A DNA stretch of 64,000 nucleotides from SAR324 cluster bacterium (GTDB lineage Bacteria > SAR324 > NAC60-12): positions 156,732-220,731 of the forward strand of contig JADFZZ010000003.1 in the NCBI GenBank assembly GCA_015232315.1, read 5' to 3'. This document shows, piece after piece, positions 1-9,363 of the stretch. The position numbers and the translations under genes are program-made. A model generated the notes under the pieces. The model saw nothing but the letters and a program-made list of their open reading frames with translations. It searched no databases and was not told where the DNA came from. How positions within the stretch are numbered: the stretch's first letter is position 1; each line of letters begins with the position of its first letter.

Positions 1-356
1 ATTCTGACTTGAATGAATAACACACTCACAATGTTGAGTGAAATCATTATAGGCAAGGTAATCAATCCCCCGAACCCCGTCGCAAAGCCTGAAAAACCGG
101 CTTTGGCATCTTCAGCAAGAATCAGGTCATTTATTTTTTGGTCTAAGCTTCCATTTCCTTGAAGATATTTTTGGGCTAAATCGTCAGCAGACTTTAATCC
201 GCTCACTCCAGGTTCTAACGCGAAGGCATAGGTCCATTCCAGAGAACGAATCATCAGGCCATCTTTGTTTTTATCCTTTCTAGTAAACAAATCCCCTATG
301 GATCTCACAGGAACTTGTTTACGCATATTGCCCTTATTTTTTTCAGTCTTTTCCAT
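1..356 (-). CDS. Partial CDS (5' part only, continues beyond window start), EcsC-like protein
   Basis: ATG at 356 (minus) lies 7 nt downstream of AGGAGG (rc of 364-369). The frame stays open to position 1, so it is absent from the ORF track. Translation MEKTEKNKGNMRKQ...DAKAGFSGFATGFGGLITLPIMISLNIVSVLFIQVR resembles the Gly-rich/hydrophobic core of EcsC-family proteins. Confidence 0.45.
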   Translation of the reverse strand, partial: MEKTEKNKGNMRKQVPVRSIGDLFTRKDKNKDGLMIRSLEWTYAFALEPGVSGLKSADDLAQKYLQGNGSLDQKINDLILAEDAKAGFSGFATGFGGLITLPIMISLNIVSVLFIQVR

Positions 357-580
357 AATAAACCTCCTGATAATCAATAGTTTACTGTCATATTCACTGA
401 TTTGGTCATAAACGGTTGCTAAATACAACCCACCTCAAATCGGGTAAAAAATATTGCTTTATTTATGAGGGCACACCCTAAGTCGTTTCAGAAAACGTAT
501 ACTTTGAACGGGTGAAAAATTCATTTTTTGTGTATTCTCGAAGAAGACAAAAATTACCCCACTTCTTCATCGAGAGTATT

Positions 581-1140
581 ATGATATCTATCGCATTCAG
601 CAAAAAAGACATTCAAGAACTTCAATATGAAAGGTACCATTATCCCCATCCCCGAGTTCAACAAAGGATAGAGGCCATCTATCTAAAAAGTAAAAATCTT
701 TCTCACCGTGAAATTTGTCGATTATGTCAAATTAGTGACAAAAAGTTTAAGTAAATGGTTGAATTTGTATCAAACGGGTGGATTATCAAGGCTTAAACAA
801 TTTGGAGGGCGTGGGCAACCCAGTAAACTCAATCATCATACCACTGATATAAAAACTTATTTTCAAAATAATCCTCCCCGTACCAGTGGAGAAGCCCAGG
901 AAAAAATCGAGGAACTCACAGGAATTAAACGGAGTCCCTCTCAAGTGAGAGAATTTCTCCATCGAGAAGGCTTTGATTATCGCAAAGCAGGTTGTTTTCC
1001 TGGTAAAAACCTCGATGAAACCAAATTCAATGTTTATATTCCAAATACTATGACCATTTTGATGATGTTTCTCATGCGATTAATGACTGTATTGAGCAGG
1101 CTCCTATAAACCATTCAAAAAAGATTAACTCATTGTTATC
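581..1140 (+). pseudogene. Decayed IS630/Tc1-mariner-family transposase (frameshifted, DDE core deleted)
   Basis: Track ORFs 512-754 and 708-1109 together read as the HTH N-terminus of an IS630-type transposase (REICRLCQIS / SLSKWLNLYQTGGLSRL ... SPSQVREFLHREGFDYRKA). The frame switches at the A-run 740-744. No DDE catalytic core follows. A third frame near 1060-1190 reads a transposase-like C-terminal tail (DHFDDVSHAINDCIEQAPINHSKKINSLL). Confidence 0.6.
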
Positions 1141-1148
1141 ATGGAATT

Positions 1149-2147
1149 TTAAAAATATGAGAAAAATGAACTTTTTACCCGTTTGAAGTATACTTCATTC
1201 AAGAGATTTTTTAGGGCGTTTTTTTCATTTTCGGGTGTGAACAATGCACTCCGGCGGGTGACATGTTCTCTCAAGTTTTGCAGGAAATCAGGTTGCCTGA
1301 ATATTTTTTCCATCAGAACGGCCAGAGCCTTCGTATCCTGTGCGGGGAAATATCCCTGATAATCCGATCCCAGCAAACCAATATTTCCATCAATGCGGGA
1401 TGCCAGCACAGGAGTGCCTAGAACACATGCTTCCGACACCACATTAGCGCCTCCCTCCATCAAGGAAGAGATCACCATTGCCTGACTTTTGGCTATCAAC
1501 CGACGGGTTTTCCATGATTGTAAATTGCCGAGCCATTGATAGCGGGGATTTTCTTGTGTTTCCTTAAACAATCGCTGTTCCATGTCCGCGGAAAGAGGTT
1601 CACCCGCATGAAGAATTCTCAAGGGAATATCCTGTGCCACCAGTCTTGAAGCGTCCGCTGTTCTGAAGGGATCTTTGACTGCCCTCATGTGCCCCACCAC
1701 ACAAATGTCAAACCACTCACGGTTTTTTACAGGCTGTTGCGTCAAGGGGATGCAAGACTGATAAATCAATCGTGTTTTGACCTGATTTTCAGGAGAGAGC
1801 GCCGGAATTCCCAATTCATGCAACACCACGATCCGTTCAGCCCATTCCATTGAGAGCCTGGCTTCAGCGGAATGGTGAATGTCATGATGCAGATCGGTTC
1901 CAGTCAAGACCAGAATAAGCGGACGACCTCCACGCAGGGTTTGAAATTTAAGGATGGATTCATGACTTTTTAAAGCGTGCAAGGCAATCAGCACATCACA
2001 CGATTGCCGTTCATAACGCTCTGAGATCGCAACCCGGCATCCCAGTTCCCGCAGGATTCTGCCCCAGCGGAGCGTTGTGATCCTGTTGCCTTTGCGGGAA
2101 CCCGCGGAAGCCGGTGTGACGATCAATACCTTCAGCGCTTTTTCCAT
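1149..2147 (-). CDS. GT-B glycosyltransferase, SenB-like (selenosugar/thiosugar synthase family candidate)
   Basis: 332 aa. The N-terminus VLIVTPASAGSRKGNRITTLRWGRILRELG ... LILVLTGTDLHHDI matches my recollection of the SenB-type family. The C-terminal half carries a GT4-like EGGANVVSEA region. It overlaps the upstream methyltransferase gene by 16 nt, indicating an operon. Confidence 0.6.
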   Translation of the reverse strand: MEKALKVLIVTPASAGSRKGNRITTLRWGRILRELGCRVAISERYERQSCDVLIALHALKSHESILKFQTLRGGRPLILVLTGTDLHHDIHHSAEARLSMEWAERIVVLHELGIPALSPENQVKTRLIYQSCIPLTQQPVKNREWFDICVVGHMRAVKDPFRTADASRLVAQDIPLRILHAGEPLSADMEQRLFKETQENPRYQWLGNLQSWKTRRLIAKSQAMVISSLMEGGANVVSEACVLGTPVLASRIDGNIGLLGSDYQGYFPAQDTKALAVLMEKIFRQPDFLQNLREHVTRRSALFTPENEKNALKNLLNEVYFKRVKSSFFSYF

Positions 2148-2890
2148 ACCGTCATCTCTGAAAAAGTATGTTGAAATTTTCGACTGGTTTCTCGTATGAC
2201 AAATTCCAGCGGCTCAGGTGGTGCCAGCAATTGAAAAGATGATTCAAAAATTCGGGACATCGCCTCGAACGTATTGAAAAATCGTCCATCCTCATGAAAA
2301 CCTCCAAGCCATTTGTCACGTGGAGTGAATTCTTCCAGCCAGGTGCAGGGGGTTGTTATGAATAAAATGCCTCCTGAAACCAGACGTTGTTGGATTTGTT
2401 GAAGAAACTTCGCTGGAGACGAAAGCCGGTCAATCAGGTTACAGGCAAGAACCAGATTATAATTTTTCGGTAAAAACTCCAGAAACTGTACATCTGCCTG
2501 AACGAAATCAATTTCCGCGCTATTTTGAAATAATCCAAGATTTTCAAGGTTGATCGAACGCTGTGACCGCAACAAACCTTCCTCCTGAACACTCCATGAA
2601 AACGTTCCTGTTTTTTGCAGGGTTTTGCAGGTGTTAATGAAGGAACACGAAAGATCAACACCCGTTACATGTTTAAAATCACGAGCCAACTCAAAGCAGG
2701 AACGTCCCACCGCACATCCCAGATCAAGCGCAAGTCCCTTATCCGCGTTAGCAACATATTTCCGTGCATAAGACACACATCGTTGAGGAAAATTATCTAC
2801 ATTCAAACAGGATGGTCCATAATGAAATTCGAGATACATGGAAAGCGTTTCTGAGGTTTCATAGACCTGATCAGAATCAGACATATTCAT
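2132..2890 (-). CDS. SAM-dependent methyltransferase, stand-alone OvoA C-terminal type (putative 4-mercaptohistidine N1-methyltransferase)
   Basis: 252 aa. SAM motif I is LDLGCAVGRSCFELA. The N-terminal YETSETLSMYLEFHYG is the hallmark I associate with this family. Its start overlaps the upstream gene's stop as ATGA. Confidence 0.6.
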   Translation of the reverse strand: MNMSDSDQVYETSETLSMYLEFHYGPSCLNVDNFPQRCVSYARKYVANADKGLALDLGCAVGRSCFELARDFKHVTGVDLSCSFINTCKTLQKTGTFSWSVQEEGLLRSQRSINLENLGLFQNSAEIDFVQADVQFLEFLPKNYNLVLACNLIDRLSSPAKFLQQIQQRLVSGGILFITTPCTWLEEFTPRDKWLGGFHEDGRFFNTFEAMSRIFESSFQLLAPPEPLEFVIRETSRKFQHTFSEMTVWKKR

Positions 2891-4272
2891 GACTCTCTGG
2901 CACAGGTTCGGAATCCCACAAAAACATCATTGCGGTGAGGAAGATAGGCTTGCCGATAAGTGCCCCGAATGAGCGATGAGGACGTCGCACAGGAGCCTCC
3001 ACGGGTCACTTTATGATAACCGAACTGTAACGTGGACATGAAGGGATACATATCCACACTGAAACCGTTATAGGGTAAGAATTGAGAGGAAGTCCATTCC
3101 CAGACAGTTCCAATCATCTGAATGCAACCAAATGGACTTGGGCTGGTATTCAGGGCATAAACAGGAAGTCTTGCCAACCGGGTTGCGTCCATATCCACGT
3201 TGGTTTCATCCATGATATTTCCCCAGGGATATCGGCGAAATGCAGGCGCCTCCCTGTTGTCCAGTGCGGCGGCTTCCCATTCAAATTCGGTGGGCAGTCG
3301 TCTACCGGCCCATTGGCACCAGGCTTCAGCCTCCCAATAACTGACATGTCTGACTGGATAATCAGGTTCCAGCGGAAGCCACTGGTCAAAATGTTTTTCC
3401 CACCAGCGCCCCTCCTGTTTTTTCCAGTAGACAGGATGAGGAACTTTTATATCCGCACCCTGCACCTGGAGTGGGGAATTCAGTCTGGTTTGAAGCCATT
3501 TTTTTCCACCCCAACTCCAGAGATCTTCACGTTCATAGCCTCTGTCTTCGACAAACTCCTGATATTGCTGATTGGAGACCAGTGTTTTTGAGATGCGGAA
3601 CGGTTCAAGATGATGAATGAAGCCCGGTTTTTCGTTATCAAAGGCAAAGTACTCCATGGCAAAATCCTTATGCTCGGCAGGCATACCAATGTGATAGGCG
3701 CCTCCGGGGATTTCGGTGTCTCCTGCTGATGTTTCAAAACGGAATTCAACAGCAGAATTTTGTGAAAAATCCGGTTTGGGATATCCCAATGTTTGACGAC
3801 ACCAGATCAAGGATTCGATATGCATGTTCTGATGAAAAATCGCGTATTTATAAAGATAGAGATCTTTCGGCGTCAAGGGTTTCTGGTCAATTCTGTTCCG
3901 AATGAGTTCATACACCGCGGCCATGTATGACATTGTGGTTTCACGAGAAGGAATCAATCCCGGGATCCATCGATCTTCATGATCAATGTCAAAAGAATCC
4001 CAGATATTATCAAACCCGGGCATCAATGGCGGGTTATGATCCAGTGCGCGTAAAATAAACACCTCATAAAAAAACGCGGAATGTCCCAATTCCCAGACAG
4101 GTGGATTGATTCCCTGATGATAGGGAACATTCCGTTGTTGTGCCGTCAGTGTGTCCAGCAATGAACGTGTTCTTTCTAAAGTTTGCTCAAAGGCATTCAG
4201 TAATATTTTTTTATCATCCATCAGATTTCCAGAATTAAAAGACAGGGTTGAACAGCAATTTGAGCAGGGCAA
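2887..4272 (-). CDS. Non-haem iron sulfoxide/selenoxide synthase, OvoA N-terminal / EgtB / SenA superfamily
   Basis: DinB-like N-half with an H-x3-H-x-E iron motif (HQNMHIE). FGE-sulfatase-type C-half (...WEWTSSQF...RGGSCATSS...). The start is either TTG 4272 or ATG 4221 (MDDKKILLNAFEQ). Confidence 0.75.
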   Translation of the reverse strand: MPCSNCCSTLSFNSGNLMDDKKILLNAFEQTLERTRSLLDTLTAQQRNVPYHQGINPPVWELGHSAFFYEVFILRALDHNPPLMPGFDNIWDSFDIDHEDRWIPGLIPSRETTMSYMAAVYELIRNRIDQKPLTPKDLYLYKYAIFHQNMHIESLIWCRQTLGYPKPDFSQNSAVEFRFETSAGDTEIPGGAYHIGMPAEHKDFAMEYFAFDNEKPGFIHHLEPFRISKTLVSNQQYQEFVEDRGYEREDLWSWGGKKWLQTRLNSPLQVQGADIKVPHPVYWKKQEGRWWEKHFDQWLPLEPDYPVRHVSYWEAEAWCQWAGRRLPTEFEWEAAALDNREAPAFRRYPWGNIMDETNVDMDATRLARLPVYALNTSPSPFGCIQMIGTVWEWTSSQFLPYNGFSVDMYPFMSTLQFGYHKVTRGGSCATSSSLIRGTYRQAYLPHRNDVFVGFRTCARES

Positions 4273-4320
4273 ACTGAAAACTAAAATTCAGTCTTATTGA
4301 AAGGTGCCCCTCCGACCAAA

Positions 4321-4513
4321 TTATTTTCACCTGTGCAGGTACTTTTTTGCCACGAAGTACACAAAGAACACAAAGTAAAAAAGGGAATATGCACCAGAAA
4401 ACTTGAAAATCAGGGTTTTACTGAGGTCTTCATTTATATAAAAACCTTTTTATTCGTGTTCTTAGCGTTCTTAGCGGCTCATTTTCAAACCACCTGCACA
4501 GGTGGAAAATAAT
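4321..4513 (+). repeat. MITE-like palindromic element, family 2 (~180 bp), copy 1
   Basis: Terminal inverted repeats are ttattttcacctgtgcagg / cctgcacaggtggaaaataa. The internal arms cacgaagtacacaaagaacacaaag and cgtgttcttagcgttcttagcgg are mutually complementary. Near-identical copies occur at 25139-25325 and 41188-41376. Confidence 0.85.
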
Positions 4514-4548
4514 TGCCAGAATCAATTTCAATGGTTGTAATGACGGCT

Positions 4549-6291
4549 CTAATCCCAACGTTTGACCACTCTGCCTGAATGCGTATTTTTGGAAAAACCG
4601 GCTGGTGTCACCGCGACTTTTCCATTGACGAGAACATACTCAATTCCTGACGGATATTGATTCGGAACTTCAGGGGTGCTGTTACTGCGGATGGTTGCAG
4701 GATCAAACACCACCAGATCGGCATAATATCCTTTTCTGACCAGGCCCCGTTTTTTGATGCCAAGTTGTCTGGCGGGCAAACTGGTCGATTTCCGGATCGC
4801 TTCAGGCAGAGTCAGTAATTTTTCATCCCTGACATATTTTGAAAGAATTTTGGGATAGGTGTCATAAAACAAATGGCTGGGTTTCCCGAAGCCCATCAGG
4901 ATGGTATCTGTGACAATGGACACGTTGGGATCCTGAATGGCCGCATAGACGCTCCGTTCTGTGAATTCATCGCCGGGAAAAGTCGGGGTTTCAAAGACCA
5001 GCACATTTCCGTCTTCTTCAACCAGAATGTCACAAATGGCATCAAACGGATGTTGTCCCCGTTCCTTGCCGATCTGTACAAAATGTTTGCCTTCATATTG
5101 TTTGTTCTGTGCACTCACCACACTCATTAAAAATATGGACTTAAATCCCATCACCTTGAAAAAATTCATGGACCATGTGTTTCCCTCACGATGAGGCCAT
5201 TCTGATTTTCCACTACGAATGGCACGGTAGATGATCCGGCGAATATCCTTGTCCGCAATGCGTTGTAGCACTTTTTGCTGATCTCCGGTGAGCACCCACG
5301 GAGGAAAAAACGCCAGGGCATGCGTGAATCCTGTTCCGGTCGGCATGGCGTCAATGCCAAGGGGAAGTCCCCGGGCAATTTCACGGGTGATGGTCTTCAA
5401 TTGTTTTTTGAGCGGCAGATCAAGTGGTAGCGGAACTTTAACTTTTTTATACAACTGCGCCATGGCCCGAGCGGCGGAATTGGTGACAGCATCAACCATT
5501 TGACTGACATGCGGCAACCAGAAAAAATGCGAAATCTGGACTTTGACATTGGTTTTCCGGCTGATCTCAAGCACTTCTTCAATGGCTTGGGGCAATGTGT
5601 TGGAATAGCTTCTCAAATGACTGGTGAAAACCGCGTCATTGCGTACCAGAATTTCAGCCAGGTTTTCCAACTCCTGTTCGTCGGAAGAGACCCCCGGGAA
5701 ATACATGAGTCCCGTGCTCATTCCCAGTGCTCCGGCTTCCAGTCCTTCTTCGAGGTCATAGCGCATGGTCTTCATGGCGTCAGGAGATGGCAGTTCATTT
5801 TTTAATCCCTGCGCGGCAATCCGCAACATTCCATGAGGAACCAGCAAACCGCAGTTCAGGGCAAGTCCACCATCCGCATCCAGGGCCTGAATAAACTCCC
5901 CGAATTTTTCCCAACGGATGAACGAATTGGCATCCTGACTGATCATCGCTTCCATGTAGGTGAAGGCGGCAGCAACATGATTTTTTGACAGAGGAGCCAT
6001 TCCCATTCCGCAATTGCCACCCACGAAGGTCGTGATTCCCTGACGCAAAAGCGGTTCAAGAATATCCGGATGATGCGGCATGTGAATTACCAGATCCGCA
6101 TGGCTGTGCACATCAATGAATCCGGGACACACGACATTTCCGCCGGTGTTGATGCGTTGTGCCGCTTCGGCATGCCGTAAATCGCCAATATCCACGATCC
6201 GGTCATCACGTATGCCAACATCAGCGACATAAGGTGCTTTCCCACTGCCGTCATGAATGAGTCCATTTTCCAGAATGATATCAAATTCCAT
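4549..6291 (-). CDS. D-aminoacylase / N-acyl-D-amino-acid deacylase family amidohydrolase
   Basis: GFIDVHSHAD metal-binding motif and amidohydrolase-3-like layout, with C-terminal ...YADLVVFDP.... ATG 6291 has GGTGGA upstream. The track ORF starts at GTG 6306. Confidence 0.75.
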   Translation of the reverse strand: MEFDIILENGLIHDGSGKAPYVADVGIRDDRIVDIGDLRHAEAAQRINTGGNVVCPGFIDVHSHADLVIHMPHHPDILEPLLRQGITTFVGGNCGMGMAPLSKNHVAAAFTYMEAMISQDANSFIRWEKFGEFIQALDADGGLALNCGLLVPHGMLRIAAQGLKNELPSPDAMKTMRYDLEEGLEAGALGMSTGLMYFPGVSSDEQELENLAEILVRNDAVFTSHLRSYSNTLPQAIEEVLEISRKTNVKVQISHFFWLPHVSQMVDAVTNSAARAMAQLYKKVKVPLPLDLPLKKQLKTITREIARGLPLGIDAMPTGTGFTHALAFFPPWVLTGDQQKVLQRIADKDIRRIIYRAIRSGKSEWPHREGNTWSMNFFKVMGFKSIFLMSVVSAQNKQYEGKHFVQIGKERGQHPFDAICDILVEEDGNVLVFETPTFPGDEFTERSVYAAIQDPNVSIVTDTILMGFGKPSHLFYDTYPKILSKYVRDEKLLTLPEAIRKSTSLPARQLGIKKRGLVRKGYYADLVVFDPATIRSNSTPEVPNQYPSGIEYVLVNGKVAVTPAGFSKNTHSGRVVKRWD

Positions 6292-6349
6292 AAAGGGTAT
6301 TTCCACCAGGGTTCAAGGAATAGTGCATGAAGATCGCTTCAAAGAATAC

Positions 6350-7261
6350 TCATTCTTCACGCAGTGATGAGGAGGATGTGGGGGTTGGCACTATTTTTCC
6401 CGCATTGAGAGAACGGAGTGTTCCGTTTACTGCTTCGGAAGAACGCTCTGTCGCAAGGGGAATGATCACCGGCAGGGCATGTCTCACAATGCTGACAGAT
6501 ACTTTTTGTGCTTTGGTATGAAAATCCAGAATGGAAAACTCCAACGGGTTGATCAGTGATTCAGCCATCACTTCTTCAGAGTTCCCCACTGTTTTCGGCC
6601 GCTTTTTGTATAAGGATTCCAACCAGGGTTTCCAGTTTTTTAATCCGTTTTTTGCAGGTTGCAGGCGTAATCTGCTGTCATTGTGGATTTCATTCAGTGT
6701 CATGCTCATGGAATTCAGTGACGTGGGATGCAAATACACTTTGTGGCAATAAGTCCGATCGGGTAGTGGTTGATGGTCCAGGCAAACTGAAAACCGGCGT
6801 TCCCCCTCTGGAATTGTGATCAGGGCATCTTTCCAGAAATAGATTGTTTCTCTGGAACGATATTCATAATCAGCACGAGCCAGATCAAAGGTAAAAGTAT
6901 GGCCTGCCTTGAAAACCTGCATGGCATGATTCAGGGATTGCGGACGGATCAAAGAGCCAAAAATTTCAAAATGACTCAAGGGCCAGAATCCCGGACTCAG
7001 GTTTTGCCGCAACTCATCAGGGCATTTCATCAATGCGTTCAGCGCATGGAACATGGTGAGAGAATTGCCCAGATAAATGATTTTTTTCCACCCGTCAGAG
7101 ATCATCTGGGACGTCAGGTCAGCAATCGACAGTTGAGGTGTTGTGCACACAAAGGTGAGAGGCACACAGTGTTCTTCAAACAGCGACTGGTGCTGTTTCC
7201 AAAACAGCGAAATCGGCTGATTGTCAAAACTGTCGATGATGAAGCACGTAGAAAGTTTCAT
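6350..7261 (-). CDS. Hypothetical protein (faint, degenerate diacylglycerol-kinase/YegS-like N-terminal fold)
   Basis: 303-aa ORF filling the gap between neighbouring genes. KKIIYLGNSLTMFHALNALM sits where lipid kinases carry GGDGT. No confident family assignment. Confidence 0.5.
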   Translation of the reverse strand: MKLSTCFIIDSFDNQPISLFWKQHQSLFEEHCVPLTFVCTTPQLSIADLTSQMISDGWKKIIYLGNSLTMFHALNALMKCPDELRQNLSPGFWPLSHFEIFGSLIRPQSLNHAMQVFKAGHTFTFDLARADYEYRSRETIYFWKDALITIPEGERRFSVCLDHQPLPDRTYCHKVYLHPTSLNSMSMTLNEIHNDSRLRLQPAKNGLKNWKPWLESLYKKRPKTVGNSEEVMAESLINPLEFSILDFHTKAQKVSVSIVRHALPVIIPLATERSSEAVNGTLRSLNAGKIVPTPTSSSSLREE

Positions 7262-7268
7262 GGCATTC

Positions 7269-7880
7269 TCAAGATTGCGTCAATGGCTGAAGCGCCTGTT
7301 CCACCTGATCATGAAGTTCTTCCAGTGAGCCATTGTTGGTAATCACACAATGAGCGTAAGCCTTCCGTTCTTCATGGGTTAGCTGAGCCTGCAAGCGGGC
7401 TCTTGCCTGATCTTCAGTATAATTCTTATAGTCAACCAGACGTCTAATGGCATGATTCTCATCCGTGGTCACCACCCACACTTCATGACAGGACTTATGC
7501 CATCCGGCTTCAATCAGTATCGCGGCTTCAAGAAAAACAATTTTCTGCCCGGAAAGTTGTTTTATTTCTTCAGCAAACATCCGGGCAATCTGCGGACGGG
7601 AAATAGCATTGAGCTGTTTCAGTTTTTCCGGATCGGCAAACACTACATTTCCAAGTGCCTTGCGGTTGATGGTCTGGTCTTCATTCAAGATATCCGGCCC
7701 AAATATTGCTACTATTTTTCTGTAGCCTTCGTGTTCGGGGTGCAATACCCGATGTCCCAACTGGTCCGCGTCAATGACAGGCAGATTTTTTTGTTTTAAA
7801 TATTGTGTAACCGCGCTCTTGCCTGAGGCGATACTTCCTGTGATGCCAATAATTTTAGGGCTTGAGGGATGAGGGAGCAT
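7269..7880 (-). CDS. coaE: Dephospho-CoA kinase
   Basis: 203 aa. P-loop IGITGSIASGKS followed by VIDADQLGHRVL, the typical CoaE layout. Confidence 0.9.
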   Translation of the reverse strand: MLPHPSSPKIIGITGSIASGKSAVTQYLKQKNLPVIDADQLGHRVLHPEHEGYRKIVAIFGPDILNEDQTINRKALGNVVFADPEKLKQLNAISRPQIARMFAEEIKQLSGQKIVFLEAAILIEAGWHKSCHEVWVVTTDENHAIRRLVDYKNYTEDQARARLQAQLTHEERKAYAHCVITNNGSLEELHDQVEQALQPLTQS

Positions 7881-7968
7881 ATTGTTTTTATCAGCCGACT
7901 TGAATTTTAATAAAGCAACAGCATAATGCGCTGAATTTTTTTATGATAAACCTGTTATGAGAGAGACC

Positions 7969-9363
7969 ATGAGTATCGTTGTTCAAAAATTTGGAGGAAC
8001 CAGTCTGGGAAACAGTGACCGATTGAAGAATGTCGCGGGAATTATCAAAAATACCATCACCTCCCGGGATCTGGTTGTGGTAGTTTCAGCGCTGAGCAGT
8101 TATACCAAAGCGGAAGGAACCACCAACCGGTTATTGCAGGCAGGACAACTTGCCATTCAGGGCGGAGATTTTTCCAAGGTGATTGATCTGATTGAAGACA
8201 CCCATTTGACGGCATTGACACAATCCATCAAAAATCCGATGATCCGCGAAGAAATCAAGGAATATATTCATCATGAACTTCGATCTCTCAAGTCTTTTCT
8301 CGAAGCGATCCATGTGATTCGGGAAATTTCACCCAGATCGCATGACGTGATTGTCGGAACCGGCGAACGGCTGTCTGCCAGGCTGATGTCAGGGGTGTTG
8401 AGAGATCAGAATGTGGATGCGGTGTATGTTGATCTTTCCGAGATTTTACCGGGAACCCGCAACGTGCTGGATAAAAGCTATTACAGAGATCTGCAGAAAC
8501 TGATTGTAGAACATCTTCCCGAAAATCGGAAAACTGTAGCCATTGTCACAGGTTTTTTTGGTTTTGTTTATGGTGGCATCGTTGCCAGTATCGGACGTGG
8601 CTATTCAGACCTGACAGCCGCACTGATCGCCGCGGAACTCAAGGCTGAGGAATTACAAATCTGGAAAGAAGTGGATGGAATCTTCACCGCGGATCCCAGA
8701 AAAGTACCCACCGCCACAGTTCTGGATTACATCACTCCGGCAGAGGCTGCTGAATTGACCTATTTCGGTTCGGAAGTGTTGCATCCCTTCACCATGGAAC
8801 GGGCTATTGAAGCGTCTGTGCCGATTCGAATCAAAAACACCTTCACGCCTGAAAAACCGGGAACCGTTATTTTACCGTCTTCTCAAACTGTTGCACAGAC
8901 GAACCAGAAACAAACCGCTGTCGCTGTGACCACAAAAAAAGACGTAGTGATTATCAACATTCACTCCAACCGGATGCTGCATGCGTCAGGATTCATGTCC
9001 AAAGTGTTCAGCACTTTTCAGAAATTCGGAGTGATCGTGGATCTGATCGCGACTTCCGAAGTCAATATCTCCTGCACTTTAGATGACGCGGACCATCTGG
9101 AAGAGGTGATCAGGGATCTGGAGGGACTGGCCGATGTTACGATTTCCAGGAACAAAGCTATTCTAAGTCTGGTGGGCGAACGCATGAAATATGTTCCCGG
9201 AACGGCTGGTAAAATGTTCACGGCGCTGGCGCAACATAACATCAATATTGAAATGATTTCCCAGGGCGCGTCTGAAATCAATATTTCCTGTGTCATCCGT
9301 CAGGAAGATGCTGAGAAAGCGTTGAATGTGATCCATAAGACATTTCTGGAAAATAACGGATGA
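7969..9363 (+). CDS. Aspartate kinase (monofunctional, with C-terminal ACT domains)
   Basis: MSIVVQKFGGTSLG N-terminus. ACT-like C-terminal repeats (ILSLVGERM..., NISCVI...). ATG 7969 follows GAGAGAG. The track ORF starts at 7957. Confidence 0.9.
   Translation: MSIVVQKFGGTSLGNSDRLKNVAGIIKNTITSRDLVVVVSALSSYTKAEGTTNRLLQAGQLAIQGGDFSKVIDLIEDTHLTALTQSIKNPMIREEIKEYIHHELRSLKSFLEAIHVIREISPRSHDVIVGTGERLSARLMSGVLRDQNVDAVYVDLSEILPGTRNVLDKSYYRDLQKLIVEHLPENRKTVAIVTGFFGFVYGGIVASIGRGYSDLTAALIAAELKAEELQIWKEVDGIFTADPRKVPTATVLDYITPAEAAELTYFGSEVLHPFTMERAIEASVPIRIKNTFTPEKPGTVILPSSQTVAQTNQKQTAVAVTTKKDVVIINIHSNRMLHASGFMSKVFSTFQKFGVIVDLIATSEVNISCTLDDADHLEEVIRDLEGLADVTISRNKAILSLVGERMKYVPGTAGKMFTALAQHNINIEMISQGASEINISCVIRQEDAEKALNVIHKTFLENNG

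Noticed and set aside
4266-4297. 30-nt motif agggcaaactg(a/t)aaactaaaat(t/g)cagtct, present twice (4266-4297 and 38588-38620)
   Set aside because: It is a real duplicate with a small internal hairpin. With only two copies and no clear function, I note it but do not interpret it.
4297-4512. 71-, 88- and 85-aa ORFs (4297-4512, 25059-25325, 41184-41441) sharing HEVHKEHKVKKGICTRKLENQGFTE
   Set aside because: They are translations of the three family-2 MITE copies. The DNA is a palindromic repeat with inverted termini, and the ORF boundaries differ between copies.
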